DNA of 64,000 bases, taken from an uncultured Gemmatimonadales bacterium. Lineage in GTDB: Bacteria > Gemmatimonadota > Gemmatimonadetes > Longimicrobiales > RSA9. Below, piece by piece: positions 41,274 to 51,125 of this stretch; the stretch's first letter is position 1, and each line of letters starts with the position of its first letter. Position numbers and translations under genes: made by a program. The notes under the pieces are model-generated. The model worked only from the letters and a program-made list of their open reading frames with translations, was not told the DNA's origin and did no database searches. The DNA lies in the NCBI GenBank assembly GCA_963816355.1, contig CAWFKH010000004.1, positions 1-64,000 of the forward strand, read 5' to 3'.

Positions 41274-42216
41274 AGCGATCCAGCTCCTCGTTGAGCAGCC
41301 GCACGCGGTCGGCTGCGGTGCGCGCGACGGGGCGACGGATCAGGTCGTAGCGTGCGCGCGCGGGGTCGCGGTAGAAGACGCCGAGCCGGATGCGCTCGCT
41401 GTCGGCGGCGAGGCGGCGGGCGGACTCGATGTCGGAGGGGTCGTGGAAGAGCTGGTGCTCGTAGGTGCGGTCGAGCTCCGGCACGACGACGCCGTCGTCG
41501 TGGACGAGCAGCTCGACCAGCTCCGGCTTGCGCACGGCGAGCTGGAAGATCTCCGGCGTGTAGACGGGGCAGCGCTGGAGGATGCGGACGAAGGCGAAGC
41601 CCTCGTGCCGGTAGGCCGCGCGCAGCGTCGCGAAGAGGTGCGCCGGGATCCACTCGGCGGTCTGCGCGACGAAGGATACGTTGGTGATGCCGAGCGTCGC
41701 CTGGATCGGGTCGAGCGCGGGCAGGTAGCTGCCGCGCGGCTGCGTGTTGCTCGCGAAGCCCTGCGGCGTCGTCGGCGAGGTCTGCTTCTTCGTCAGGCCG
41801 TAGATATTGTTGTCGAGCAGCAGCGCGACGACGTCGATGTTGTAGCGCGTCGCGTGCAGCCAGTGGCCGGCGCCGATCGACGTGCAGTCGCCATCGCCCA
41901 TCACGACGAAGACGTCCAGCTCCGGCCGGTGCAGCTTGATGCCGGTCGCGACCGGGAGCGCACGGCCGTGCAGGCCGTGGAAGCCGTAGGTCTTGACGTA
42001 GTGCGGGAAGCGGCTGGAGCAGCCGATGCCGGAGACGAACACCGTCGTCTCGGGCGCGAGCTGCTCCGCGGCGAGCAGCTTCTCGACCGCCGTGAGCACC
42101 GAGTGGTCGCCGCAGCCGGGGCACCAGCGGGCGATCGCGCCCTCGTAGTCTCCCATCTCGAAGACGCGGTCGTCGTCGACCGCACACGCGAGCAGCGAGC
42201 AGGCGGGGTTCGTCAT
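41263..42216 (-). CDS. korB: 2-oxoacid:ferredoxin oxidoreductase beta subunit (KorB-like)
   Basis: WCPGCGD, SGIGCSSRFP, HGRALP, GDGD, NNIYGLTKKQTSPT, CP. Confidence 0.88.
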   Translation of the reverse strand: MTNPACSLLACAVDDDRVFEMGDYEGAIARWCPGCGDHSVLTAVEKLLAAEQLAPETTVFVSGIGCSSRFPHYVKTYGFHGLHGRALPVATGIKLHRPELDVFVVMGDGDCTSIGAGHWLHATRYNIDVVALLLDNNIYGLTKKQTSPTTPQGFASNTQPRGSYLPALDPIQATLGITNVSFVAQTAEWIPAHLFATLRAAYRHEGFAFVRILQRCPVYTPEIFQLAVRKPELVELLVHDDGVVVPELDRTYEHQLFHDPSDIESARRLAADSERIRLGVFYRDPARARYDLIRRPVARTAADRVRLLNEELDRYAV

Positions 42217-44240
42217 GCGACATCCTCCTCCACGGCGGCCGCGAGCTTGGCGCGGATCGCCTTCAGGATCGCGCCGGGCCGCAGCGGCTCGCCGAGCACG
42301 CGCGTCCAGCAATCGACGTCGACGAGCGTCTGCGCGCGCAGCAGCCACGCGAGCTGCCCGCGACGGCGGTTCTCGTCCGTGATGAACGGATCGCCCGGCT
42401 CGTCGCTGTAGTTGATCTCGACGGTCATGACGCGGCGGAAGCGCGAGAAGAGGTCGCGCAGGCCGGGCTGCAGCGGCGACAGGAACGTGAGGTGCGTCGA
42501 GGAGACGGCGAGGCCCTCGTCGCGCGCGCGCTCGACCGCTTCCTCGATCGCGCCCTTCGTGCTGCCCCAGCCGACGACGAGGAGGTCGCCGGCGTCCGCG
42601 CCGTGGACCGCGGGCGGCTCCAGCATCTGCTGCAGCACCGCGATCTTGCGGCTGCGCATCGCGGAGCTGCGCTGGTGCGTGCGGGCGTCGTAGGCGACCT
42701 TGCTCGCCTCGTCGTGCGCCAGGCCGGTGGCGGTGAACATGCCGTTCGGCTGGCCGGGCAGGAAGCGGCGCGAGAGGCCGGTGCGAGGATCCCAGTCGTA
42801 GGGGCGCAGCCCCGCCGGGACCGGCGAGGTGTCCGGCGCGCCCGCCTGCCAGGCGAGCTCCGGCTCCGGCCTCGGGAACGGCTGCACGCCGGTCGCGAGG
42901 TTCGCGTCCGTCAGCACCATCACCACGGCGCGGAACGTCTCGGCGAGGCGCCGCGCGGTGACCATCGCGTGGAAGCATTCCTCGATCGTCGCCGGCGCCA
43001 TCACGATGTGCGGCGCGTCGCCCGGCTGTGCGAAGATCGCCGCCAGCAGGTCCGACTGCTCGACCTTCGTCGGCAAACCCGTGCTCGGGCCGCCGCGCTG
43101 CACGTCGATCAGCACGAGCGGCGTCTCCGTCATCACCGCCAGGCCGAGGAACTCCGTCTTCAGCGCGAGCCCGGGACCGGACGTGATCGTGAAGGCGACC
43201 TTGCCCGACCACGACGCGCCGATCGCGACGCCCGCCGCCGCGATCTCGTCCTCCGCCTGGTGCACGATGCCGCCGTAGCGCTCGAAGACGTCGCCGAGGT
43301 GGTGCGACACGGATGTCGCCGGCGTGATCGGGTACATTGCCGCGAGCTCCATCCCCGCCGCGATCGCACCGAGCGCCGTCGCCTGGTTGCCGTTCATCAC
43401 CACCATCGGCCGCGTCGAGGGCCGCGCCGGCACGTCGAAGCGGAAGTCGAGGTTCGCGGCCGCCCACGCGTGGCCGGCGTCGAGCAGCGCGACGTTGCGG
43501 TCGTAAACCTCCTGCGACTTCTTGCGGAACGTGTGCGCGATCTCCTCACGCACGCGCTCGAGGTCGCGGCCGTAGATCCAGCAGAGCACGCCGAGCGCGA
43601 ACATGTTCTTCCCCTTGCGGGGATTGTCGACCAGCTTCAGCGACTCCGCCTCGAGCGGCAGCGCGACGATGCGGTACGGCTTCCCGGAGAGCTCGCGCAT
43701 GCCGGCTTCCCACTCCTCGCGGATCGCCGGGTCCTCGCTGCGCGACGGCTGGTCGTCCACCAGGATGATCGCGTCGTCGGAGAGCGCGCCGAGGCGGTGG
43801 CGGCCCAGCACGGCCTGCTCGTTGAAGGCGATCACCAGGTCCGTCTCGTCACCCCAGTTCGTCACCGCACCCGAGCCGATGCGGATCCGGTTGCCGCTCG
43901 CGCCCGCCGGGTTGCGCGGCGGCGGCTGGATCTCCGCCGGGATGATCTCCACCGTCCACACGCCGTTGCCCATCTTCGCCGACACCGTGGCGAAGATCTG
44001 GCCGCACTTCTGCGCGCCCTCGCCCGAGTCCGAAACGATCTCGACAATGTGCCGGGAGAGGGTCAGCGGGGCGGGGCCGGCAACGGCCGCGGCGGCCGCG
44101 TCGGCGGTGGCCGCCTCGGCGGTGGCCGCGTCGGCGGCGGCCGCGTCGGCGGTAGCCGCCTCGGCGGGCCCGCCTGAGGTGTCCTGCGTATCCGTGTCGG
44201 ATGGTGCACCGGCGTGCACCGACGTCTTCGTCGCCATCAT
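42213..44240 (-). CDS. korA: 2-oxoacid:acceptor oxidoreductase alpha subunit (fused gamma-alpha, KorA-like)
   Basis: DSGEGAQ, MNGNQA, YPITPA, QAEDEIAA, TSGPG, QRGGPSTGLPTK.EQSD, GWGSTKG. Confidence 0.88.
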   Translation of the reverse strand: MMATKTSVHAGAPSDTDTQDTSGGPAEAATADAAAADAATAEAATADAAAAAVAGPAPLTLSRHIVEIVSDSGEGAQKCGQIFATVSAKMGNGVWTVEIIPAEIQPPPRNPAGASGNRIRIGSGAVTNWGDETDLVIAFNEQAVLGRHRLGALSDDAIILVDDQPSRSEDPAIREEWEAGMRELSGKPYRIVALPLEAESLKLVDNPRKGKNMFALGVLCWIYGRDLERVREEIAHTFRKKSQEVYDRNVALLDAGHAWAAANLDFRFDVPARPSTRPMVVMNGNQATALGAIAAGMELAAMYPITPATSVSHHLGDVFERYGGIVHQAEDEIAAAGVAIGASWSGKVAFTITSGPGLALKTEFLGLAVMTETPLVLIDVQRGGPSTGLPTKVEQSDLLAAIFAQPGDAPHIVMAPATIEECFHAMVTARRLAETFRAVVMVLTDANLATGVQPFPRPEPELAWQAGAPDTSPVPAGLRPYDWDPRTGLSRRFLPGQPNGMFTATGLAHDEASKVAYDARTHQRSSAMRSRKIAVLQQMLEPPAVHGADAGDLLVVGWGSTKGAIEEAVERARDEGLAVSSTHLTFLSPLQPGLRDLFSRFRRVMTVEINYSDEPGDPFITDENRRRGQLAWLLRAQTLVDVDCWTRVLGEPLRPGAILKAIRAKLAAAVEEDVA

Positions 44241-44452
44241 CGCCCCTGTGGCTGGCCGCGGTCTCGCCGCGCGCGACGGGCGCACGCGGGACGCAGGAAC
44301 GGCGGCCTGGACTCGATTATCCGGGGTTCGAACTGCCGTCCGAATTGCTGGCGAGCCTATCTTACCTGGAGGGGGGGAATAGGGGCGTCGGGAGTAGGTG
44401 GAAATCCCGTCGGGAAAGGCGGGGAGGGGGGGTGGAGAAAAGCCTTACAAGG

Positions 44453-44548
44453 GCGGGATTGGACTGCGGGATTGGACTGCGGGATTGGACTGCGGGATTG
44501 GACTGCGGGATTCAACTGCGGGATTGGACTGCGGGATTGGACTGCGGG
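44453..44548. repeat. Intergenic tandem repeat, 7 copies of GCGGGATTGGACT (13 bp) plus a partial copy
   Basis: Units start at 44453, 44466, 44479, 44492, 44505 (variant GCGGGATTCAACT), 44518 and 44531. Confidence 0.95.
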
Positions 44549-44551
44549 GGG

Positions 44552-44965
44552 TCAGGGGTGGATGGTGGATTCGTAGATGCGGGTGAGCTCGGCGGGGGGG
44601 GCGGCGGTGAGGCCGGAGTGGACGGGGGAGGGTTGGATCACGTCGGAGCGGGGGGCGGTGATCCAGCGGAATCGCTCGGGGGCGGAGAGGAGCGCGATCG
44701 GGCCGGCGGCGGCGTCGCCGGCGGCGATGGCGACGCACGAATCGAGGTAGCGGGCGAGGAGCTCGATGTCGGCGTCGGGCGCCATCCGACGCAGCACGGC
44801 GGGGTCGGAGACGACGCGGATGCCCAGGTACTCGGCGGGTCGGGAGTGCACCACGACGCCCACGTCCACGCCCTCGCCGGTGTACGGGTGCGCGACCACG
44901 CGGAGCAGCGCGTAGCTGTACTGCACGCGGGCGGCGCGCGCGGCGGCGTCCGCCTCGGCGCTCAC
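44552..44965 (-). CDS. DUF3037-family protein
   Basis: YSYALLRVV...GEGVDVGVV...ERFRWITAPRSDVIQPSPVHSGL; GTG overlaps the kinase stop. Confidence 0.85.
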   Translation of the reverse strand: MSAEADAAARAARVQYSYALLRVVAHPYTGEGVDVGVVVHSRPAEYLGIRVVSDPAVLRRMAPDADIELLARYLDSCVAIAAGDAAAGPIALLSAPERFRWITAPRSDVIQPSPVHSGLTAAPPAELTRIYESTIHP

Positions 44966-45876
44966 CGGCGCACTCCCAGCCGCTGCGGCACTTCGACGCG
45001 CTTGCGGCGCCGCGCGGCCTCGGCGGCGGCCACCCACGCGCGCGGGCTCTTCAGGCGCGCGGCGAACCAGCGCCGGTAGCGCTCGCGCACGGCGTCGACC
45101 GTGGCGGCGCCGCCCCGCGCGAGCGGATCCAAGAGCAGCGCGTCCGGCACCGCCTCGAGCGCGGCGTCGATCCGCTCCTCCGTCAGCGCCGCCGCGAGCG
45201 CGGCGTCGGCCTGCTCCAGGTCGCCGGCGAGCGGGAGCAGCACGTGCTGCTCGATCAGCGCGAAAGGGGCCGCGGCCTTCGCGTCGTCGCCCGGACCGCC
45301 CACGCCGCCCGGACGGCTCGCGCCGGCCGGGTCGCCCGGACCGCCCATACCCCCGGCGCCACCGTCCGCGGCCGCCCAGGCGTGGTGGAAATAGATCGCG
45401 GAGCCGTGGTCGATCAGCCAGGGGCGCCGCTCCCACACCATCAGGTTCGGGTTGCGCGCGGTGCGGTCCGGGTTCGTGACGAAGGCGTCGAACCAGACGA
45501 GGCGTGCCGCGAAATCGGCGTCGAGCAGGTCGCCGGCGGCGCGCGCGTCGTAGTTGAACGCGCCGTCGAGATAGCGCAGGCCGACGTTGACGCCGACGCT
45601 CCGCTCGAGGAGCTCGCGGATCTCCGGGTCCGGCTCGCCGGCGCCGAAGCCCTCCGGCACCTCCACGATCGCCAGCTCGGGAACGGGCAGCCCGGCCTCC
45701 CGGGCGAGCAGCCCCACCAGGAGCTCGGCGATGAGCGCGCGCGGACCCTGCCCCGCGCCGCGGAACTTCACGACGAAGAGGCCGCGCTCCTCGACATCGA
45801 CGACCGCGGGCAGGGAGCCGCCCTCGCGCAGCGGCTGGACGTAGCGCGTCGCGAGGTGCGGGGGTAGCGAAAGCAT
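44962..45876 (-). CDS. HipA-like kinase (HipA_2 type)
   Basis: RYVQPLREGGSLP, VVKFRGAGQG, NPDRTARNPNL, LIDHG. Confidence 0.85.
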   Translation of the reverse strand: MLSLPPHLATRYVQPLREGGSLPAVVDVEERGLFVVKFRGAGQGPRALIAELLVGLLAREAGLPVPELAIVEVPEGFGAGEPDPEIRELLERSVGVNVGLRYLDGAFNYDARAAGDLLDADFAARLVWFDAFVTNPDRTARNPNLMVWERRPWLIDHGSAIYFHHAWAAADGGAGGMGGPGDPAGASRPGGVGGPGDDAKAAAPFALIEQHVLLPLAGDLEQADAALAAALTEERIDAALEAVPDALLLDPLARGGAATVDAVRERYRRWFAARLKSPRAWVAAAEAARRRKRVEVPQRLGVRR

Positions 45877-45993
45877 GACGCACAAGGTACGGGGCGGCGG
45901 CGCCCGGCGGGAGGAGGGCGCGCTTCGCGCGACTGAAGCGTGGCTTTCACGCAACGCGACCTCCGCGGTCCGCGGGCGCGGGCCCTCGCCGCC

Positions 45994-48402
45994 CTACTCG
46001 TTGCGCAGCGGCATGGCCGGATCGGCGCGCGCGGCGCGGGCGGCGGGGACGGCGGCGGCGGCGAGGGCGGCGAGGGCGAGGATCGCGGCGGAGGCGAGGT
46101 AGGTGGGCGCGTCGCGCGGTGACACGCCGAAAATCATGCCGGCGAGGAGGCGCTCGGCGAGGAGGGCGCCGGCGAGGCCGAGCAGGGCGCCGACGGCGAC
46201 GAGTCCGGCGGAGTCGCGGAGCACATGCGCGACAATGCGGCGGGGCGTCGCGCCGAGGGCGAGGCGGACGCCGAACTCGCCCTTGCGCATCTCGACGCCG
46301 TAGGCGACGAGGCCGTAGACGCCGACGACGCCGAGGACGGCGGCGAGGATGGCGAAGAGGGAGACGAGCGCGAGCGAGAAGCGGGGGCCGACGAGCGCGG
46401 CGTCGACGTGGTCGCTCATGGTGGAAACGGAGGAGGGATCGAGGTTCGCGTCGATCGCCTTCACGGCGGCGACGGCGGGTCGCGCGAGCGCGGCCGGGTC
46501 GCCGCGGGTGCGGAGCACGAAGTAGGTGGCCCAGCGGGTCTGCTGCCGGTTGCTGAAATAGATCTCCGGCTCCGGCGGCGTGCCGGGGTGGAAGGGCGGC
46601 ACGTTCTCGACGACGCCGACGATGCTCACCGTCTTCTCGAGGCGCGGCAGCGTGATGCGGGCGCCGATAGGGGAGCCGTCGGGCCACGTGCGCTCGGCGA
46701 AGGCGCGGTTGACGACGGCGACGGCGGGCGCGCCGGCATCGTCGGCTTCGGTGAAGAAGCGGCCGCGCAGCAGGCGCTGGCCGAGCGCGGAGAAGTAGTC
46801 GGGTCCGGCGTCGTACCAGGCGACGGACTCGGCGCGCTCGAGGGCGCCGGGGCGGCCTTCGACGAGGAACGGCGTGGCGCCGTCGCCGCCGCCGAAGAGG
46901 GGCCCCGCCGAGACGGTGCCGACGCCGCGCACGCCGGGCAGCGTGCGCAGGCTCGCTTCGATGCGGCGGTAGGCGGCCAGCGCGTCGTCGCTCTTCGGAT
47001 AGGTGGCGGTCGAGAGCGGCAGCCAGAAGGTGAGCACGTGCTCCGTGTCGAAGCCGGGACGCCACCGCACGAGAGAGGCGAAGCTGCGCAGCAGCAGGCC
47101 GGCGCCGGTGACGAGGACGAGCGCGAGCGCGAGCTGCGCGATCACCAGCCGGCGGCGCGTGCGGCCCACCGCGAGGTCACCGCCCACGCCGCGGCCGGAG
47201 CGGAAGATGCGCCGCAGGTCCGGCTTGCGCAGGCGGAGCGCGGGGGCGAGGCCGAAGACGACGCCGCTGCCGAGCGCGACCGCCGCCGCGAACAGGAGCG
47301 CGCGGCCGTCGACGCCCACTTCGTCCAGGCGCGGGATGCCCGACGGCGCGAGCGCGATGAAGAGGTGCACCGCCCACACCGCGACGAAGACGCCGCCGAG
47401 CCCGCCGAGCACCGCGACGAGGACGCTCTCCGTGAGCAGCTTCTCGACCATCTGCACGCCGCCGGCGCCGAGCGCGCGGCGCACGAGCATCTCGCGCTCG
47501 CGCGCGGCGCCACGCACGAGGAAGAGGCCGGCCATGTTCGCCACGACGAGCAGGAGCACGAGCACGACGGCGGCGAGGAAGACGAGCAGCAGGGGCCGCG
47601 CGCCCGCCACGAGGAAATCGCGCATGCGGAGGACGTCGACGCCCCAGCCGCGGAGCGCGTCCGGATGCGTCGCGGCCATCTCCGTCTCCGCCGTGCGCAG
47701 CCGCGCCGCCGCCTCGCCCGGGCTCACGCCGGGGGCCAGGCGCCCGATCCCCACGAAGCCGCGCCAGTCGCGGTTCTCCTCCAGCGTCGGATCCCACGGC
47801 AGCGGCAGCCAGACGCGCGCGTATTCGAGCCGCGGCACGACCGCCTCCGGCGGCAGCACGCCGATCACCGTGTAGCGCTTGCCGTCCAACTCGAGCGCGT
47901 GGCCGAGCACATCCGGGTCGCCGCCCAGCTCGTCGCGCCAGAAGCCGTCGCTCACCACGACGACGTCGCCCGCGCCCACCGGCGGCCCGTCCTGCGCCGT
48001 GAAGAGCCGGCCCCGCGCCGGCGCGATGCCCAGCGTCGGCAGGAAGCCGGCGGTGGCGATGCCCGCGTCGATGCTGCGCGCACGATCGTCGGTGCGCAGC
48101 GAGAAGGACTCCGTGCGCGCGGCGCCGAGCGAGGTGAAGCCGCGCACGCTGCGCGACCAGTCGAGTAGGTTCGGGGTCGAGACGACGCAGGCGTGCAGCG
48201 CCGGATTGCGCTCGCAGATCGTGACGATCCGCTCCGAATCCGGCAGCTTCAGCGGGCGCAGAAGGATGTGATCGACGACGCTGTAGATCGCGACGCTCGA
48301 TCCGATGCCGAGCGAGAGGACGAGCAGTGCGGACAACGTGAAGGCAGGCGTGCGCGCCAGAGAGCGAAGCGCGTGTCGCAGGTCCCGCTTCAGACCGTAC
48401 AT
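45994..48402 (-). CDS. ABC transporter permease, duplicated MacB/FtsX domains (ADOP type)
   Basis: DLRHALRSLARTPAFT...LGIG, REREMLVRRALGA, EFGVRLALGA, ARADPAMPLRNE; 802 aa. Confidence 0.92.
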   Translation of the reverse strand: MYGLKRDLRHALRSLARTPAFTLSALLVLSLGIGSSVAIYSVVDHILLRPLKLPDSERIVTICERNPALHACVVSTPNLLDWSRSVRGFTSLGAARTESFSLRTDDRARSIDAGIATAGFLPTLGIAPARGRLFTAQDGPPVGAGDVVVVSDGFWRDELGGDPDVLGHALELDGKRYTVIGVLPPEAVVPRLEYARVWLPLPWDPTLEENRDWRGFVGIGRLAPGVSPGEAAARLRTAETEMAATHPDALRGWGVDVLRMRDFLVAGARPLLLVFLAAVVLVLLLVVANMAGLFLVRGAAREREMLVRRALGAGGVQMVEKLLTESVLVAVLGGLGGVFVAVWAVHLFIALAPSGIPRLDEVGVDGRALLFAAAVALGSGVVFGLAPALRLRKPDLRRIFRSGRGVGGDLAVGRTRRRLVIAQLALALVLVTGAGLLLRSFASLVRWRPGFDTEHVLTFWLPLSTATYPKSDDALAAYRRIEASLRTLPGVRGVGTVSAGPLFGGGDGATPFLVEGRPGALERAESVAWYDAGPDYFSALGQRLLRGRFFTEADDAGAPAVAVVNRAFAERTWPDGSPIGARITLPRLEKTVSIVGVVENVPPFHPGTPPEPEIYFSNRQQTRWATYFVLRTRGDPAALARPAVAAVKAIDANLDPSSVSTMSDHVDAALVGPRFSLALVSLFAILAAVLGVVGVYGLVAYGVEMRKGEFGVRLALGATPRRIVAHVLRDSAGLVAVGALLGLAGALLAERLLAGMIFGVSPRDAPTYLASAAILALAALAAAAVPAARAARADPAMPLRNE

Positions 48403-48511
48403 GTCGTGGCTCCGAACGTATCGACTGCTGGCACCCCTAAGGTAATGGAAGCCGCGTGCCGGCGCTGCATTCGTGTCGCAGAGGGTCGCCCACGCGGGAC
48501 GGAGGCCGTGA

Positions 48512-48584
48512 AGCTGGCGCGGGGATTCGAACCCCGGACCTGCCGCTTACAAGGCGGCTGCTCTACCAGCTGAGCTACGCCAGC
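48512..48584 (-). tRNA. tRNA-Thr(UGU)
   Basis: GCTGGCGTAGCTCAGCTGGTAGAGCAGCCGCCTTGTAAGCGGCAGGTCCGGGGTTCGAATCCCCGCGCCAGCT folds as a cloverleaf with anticodon TGT; CCA is not encoded. Confidence 0.96.
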
Positions 48585-48613
48585 AACGGAAAATTCCTGC
48601 CTCCGGCCCCGCC

Positions 48614-50101
48614 CTACTCCTTCTTCCAGCGCGGTCCCTGGGGCGTGTCCTCGACCACGACGCCGGCGGCCGCGAGCTCGTCGCGGATCGCGTCGGCGGT
48701 GGCGAAATCGCGCGAGCGGCGGGCGTGCTGGCGGTGCTCAATCCGCTCCTCGACCCACGCCGCGAAGTCGTCGTCGACCTCGTCGTCCGCGTCCGGCAGA
48801 CGGAGCACGCCGAGCACCGCGTCGATGCGCGACAGCGCGTCGCTCGCGCTCGCGCGGCCGGCGGCCGTGTCCTCGCCGCGGTCGAGGATGCCGTTCCCCT
48901 CGCGGACGAAGGTGAAGACGGCGCCGAGCGCCTCGGGCACGTTGAGGTCGTCGTCGAGGGCGGCCTCGAAGCCGGCGAGGGCGCGCGCGGCCGCCTCGCC
49001 GAGGGGGCCGGCGTCGCCGACGTCGGCACGGGTGCGCGCATCGCGGCCCGCGGCCCGGCCGGCCTCGCCCTGCGCGGCGGTCCCGAGGCGGGCGGCGAAG
49101 TCGCGCAGGCGACGGATGGCGGCGCGCGCGTCGTCGAGGCTCTCGAAGGTGAAGTTGAGCTCGCTGCGATAGTGGGCGGAGAGCAGGACGTAGCGGACGG
49201 GGGCGGGGCCGTAGCCGCGCTCGCGGAGGTCGGCGAGGGAGAAGACGTTGCCTTTCGACTTGGACATCTTCGCGCCGTCGACCTTGAGGTGCTTGACGTG
49301 GAGCCAGTAGCGGACGAACGGCTTGCCGGTGGCGGCCTCGGACTGGGCGATCTCGTCCTCGTGATGCGGGAAGATCAGGTCCTCGCCGCCGGTGTGGATG
49401 TCGAACGACTCGCCGAGGGCGGCCATGCTCATGGCGGAGCACTCGATGTGCCAGCCGGGGCGGCCGTCGCCCCACGGCGTGGGCCACACGGCGCCCACCT
49501 CGCGGTCGGCGTCGCGCGCAGCCTTCCATAGCACGAAGTCGCGCGCGTCCGCTTTGTCGTATTCGTCGGCGCTGACGCGACGGCGCGCGTCGAGGCCGGC
49601 GCCCGCGCGCGTCGCCTCGAGGTCGACGCGGGAGAGCCGGCCGTACTCCGGGAACGAGGAGATGTCGAAGTAGACGGAGCCGTCGTCGGTGCGGTAGGCG
49701 TGGCCGCCCTCGACGAGGCGCGCGACGAGGTCGACCATCTCGCCGATGTGCTCGGTGGCGCGGGGGAAGGCGACGCCGCCGGAGAGGCCGAGCGCCTCGA
49801 GGTCCGCGTGGAAGCCGGCGATGATCGGCGCGGTGTAGTCGGGCAGCGAGACGCCGTCGCGGAGCGCGCCCTCGATCGTCTTGTCGTCTACGTCGGTCAG
49901 GTTCATCACGAAGCGGACGTCGTACCCCTTCCAGGCAAGGTAGCGGCGCAGCAGGTCGTTGAAGAGGAAGGTGCGGTAGTTCCCGATGTGCGGGAGCTGG
50001 TAGACCGTGGGACCGCACGCGTAGACGCGGGCGGTGCCCGGCTCGCCGGGCGTGAACGGCTCCAGCGCGCGCGTGAGCGTGTTGTGGAATCGCAGACTCA
50101 T
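48614..50101 (-). CDS. cysS: Cysteine--tRNA ligase
   Basis: YACGPTVY..PHIGN, GRPGWHIECSAM, DLIFPHH, KMSKS, ADAIRD. Confidence 0.97.
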   Translation of the reverse strand: MSLRFHNTLTRALEPFTPGEPGTARVYACGPTVYQLPHIGNYRTFLFNDLLRRYLAWKGYDVRFVMNLTDVDDKTIEGALRDGVSLPDYTAPIIAGFHADLEALGLSGGVAFPRATEHIGEMVDLVARLVEGGHAYRTDDGSVYFDISSFPEYGRLSRVDLEATRAGAGLDARRRVSADEYDKADARDFVLWKAARDADREVGAVWPTPWGDGRPGWHIECSAMSMAALGESFDIHTGGEDLIFPHHEDEIAQSEAATGKPFVRYWLHVKHLKVDGAKMSKSKGNVFSLADLRERGYGPAPVRYVLLSAHYRSELNFTFESLDDARAAIRRLRDFAARLGTAAQGEAGRAAGRDARTRADVGDAGPLGEAAARALAGFEAALDDDLNVPEALGAVFTFVREGNGILDRGEDTAAGRASASDALSRIDAVLGVLRLPDADDEVDDDFAAWVEERIEHRQHARRSRDFATADAIRDELAAAGVVVEDTPQGPRWKKE

Positions 50102-50114
50102 CGGCAGGCCGGTC

Positions 50115-51125
50115 TCAGGCGCGGTCGCGCGCCGCGGCGCCCTCGCCATCGCGCGCGGCGCTCGCGGCGGCGGGGGCGGGCGGCATCTGCGCCTCGCCCC
50201 AGTAGAACGTCGTGTGCGGGAACGGGATCTCGATCCCCTCGGCGTCGAAGCGGTTCTTGATGCGGCGTCGCATCTCGCGAGCGACCGACCACTGCTTCTG
50301 CGGCAGCGTCTTGGAGAGGAGGCGGATGACGACGGCGGAGTCCGCGAACTGGTCGAGGCCGGCGATCTCGACGTCCTCCATCATGAGCGGCCCCCACTCC
50401 GGATCGGCGCGCATCTCGGCGCCGATCTCGCGCAGCACGTCCATGACGCGATCGACGTCCTCCTTGTAGGCGACGCCGATGTCGAGGACGGCGCGGGACC
50501 ACCCCTTCGTCATGTTGCTGAGGATCTCGATCTGGCCGTTCGGCACCACGTGCACGACGCCTTGCAGGTCGCGCAGGATGGTGGTGCGCAGGTTGATCCG
50601 CTCGACGAGGCCGGCGATGTCGCCGATACGCACCACGTCCCCCACCGCGTACTGCCCCTCCATGATGATCATGGCGCCGGAGATGATGTCCTTCACCAGC
50701 GACTGCGCGCCGAAAGAGACGGCGAGGCTGAGGATGCCGGCGGTCGCGAGGAGCGGACCGATGTCTATGCCGAAGTTGGTCAGGACGAGGAGGAACGCGA
50801 CGAGCGCGATCGCGACGGCCGCGACGTTGTTGAGCAGGCCCGCGACGGTCTGGGCGCGCTGCTCGCGCACCCGCTTGAGGACGGGATCCTCGTCGTGCGC
50901 CTCGCGGCGGCTGAGGCGGCCGGTGAAGACGCGCATGACGCGGTAGACGAGCACGGCCCCCAGCACGATCACGGCGGCGCGGATCAGGCCGAGCGCGATC
51001 ATCTGCGGGTCGAAGAGACGGCCCCAGTCGACGATCGCGTGCCTCAGCGTGTCCGCCTGCGCCGTCGCGGCCTGCTGCGCCTGCTGGAGCGGAGTCTGCA
51101 GGAGGGGAATCGCCCGCGGCGTCAT
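50115..51125 (-). CDS. MscS-family mechanosensitive channel
   Basis: GPLLATAG...SFGAQSLVKDIISG, GDVV, INLRTT, VPNG, GIEIPFP. Confidence 0.92.
   Translation of the reverse strand: MTPRAIPLLQTPLQQAQQAATAQADTLRHAIVDWGRLFDPQMIALGLIRAAVIVLGAVLVYRVMRVFTGRLSRREAHDEDPVLKRVREQRAQTVAGLLNNVAAVAIALVAFLLVLTNFGIDIGPLLATAGILSLAVSFGAQSLVKDIISGAMIIMEGQYAVGDVVRIGDIAGLVERINLRTTILRDLQGVVHVVPNGQIEILSNMTKGWSRAVLDIGVAYKEDVDRVMDVLREIGAEMRADPEWGPLMMEDVEIAGLDQFADSAVVIRLLSKTLPQKQWSVAREMRRRIKNRFDAEGIEIPFPHTTFYWGEAQMPPAPAAASAARDGEGAAARDRA

Noticed and set aside
44453..44548. Possible second CRISPR or mini-array
   Set aside because: Contiguous 13-bp units without spacers and no similarity to the CRISPR repeat.
48403..48584. 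tRNA-Thr as an integration site for an island
   Set aside because: No integrase and no duplicated tRNA 3' end seen in the window.
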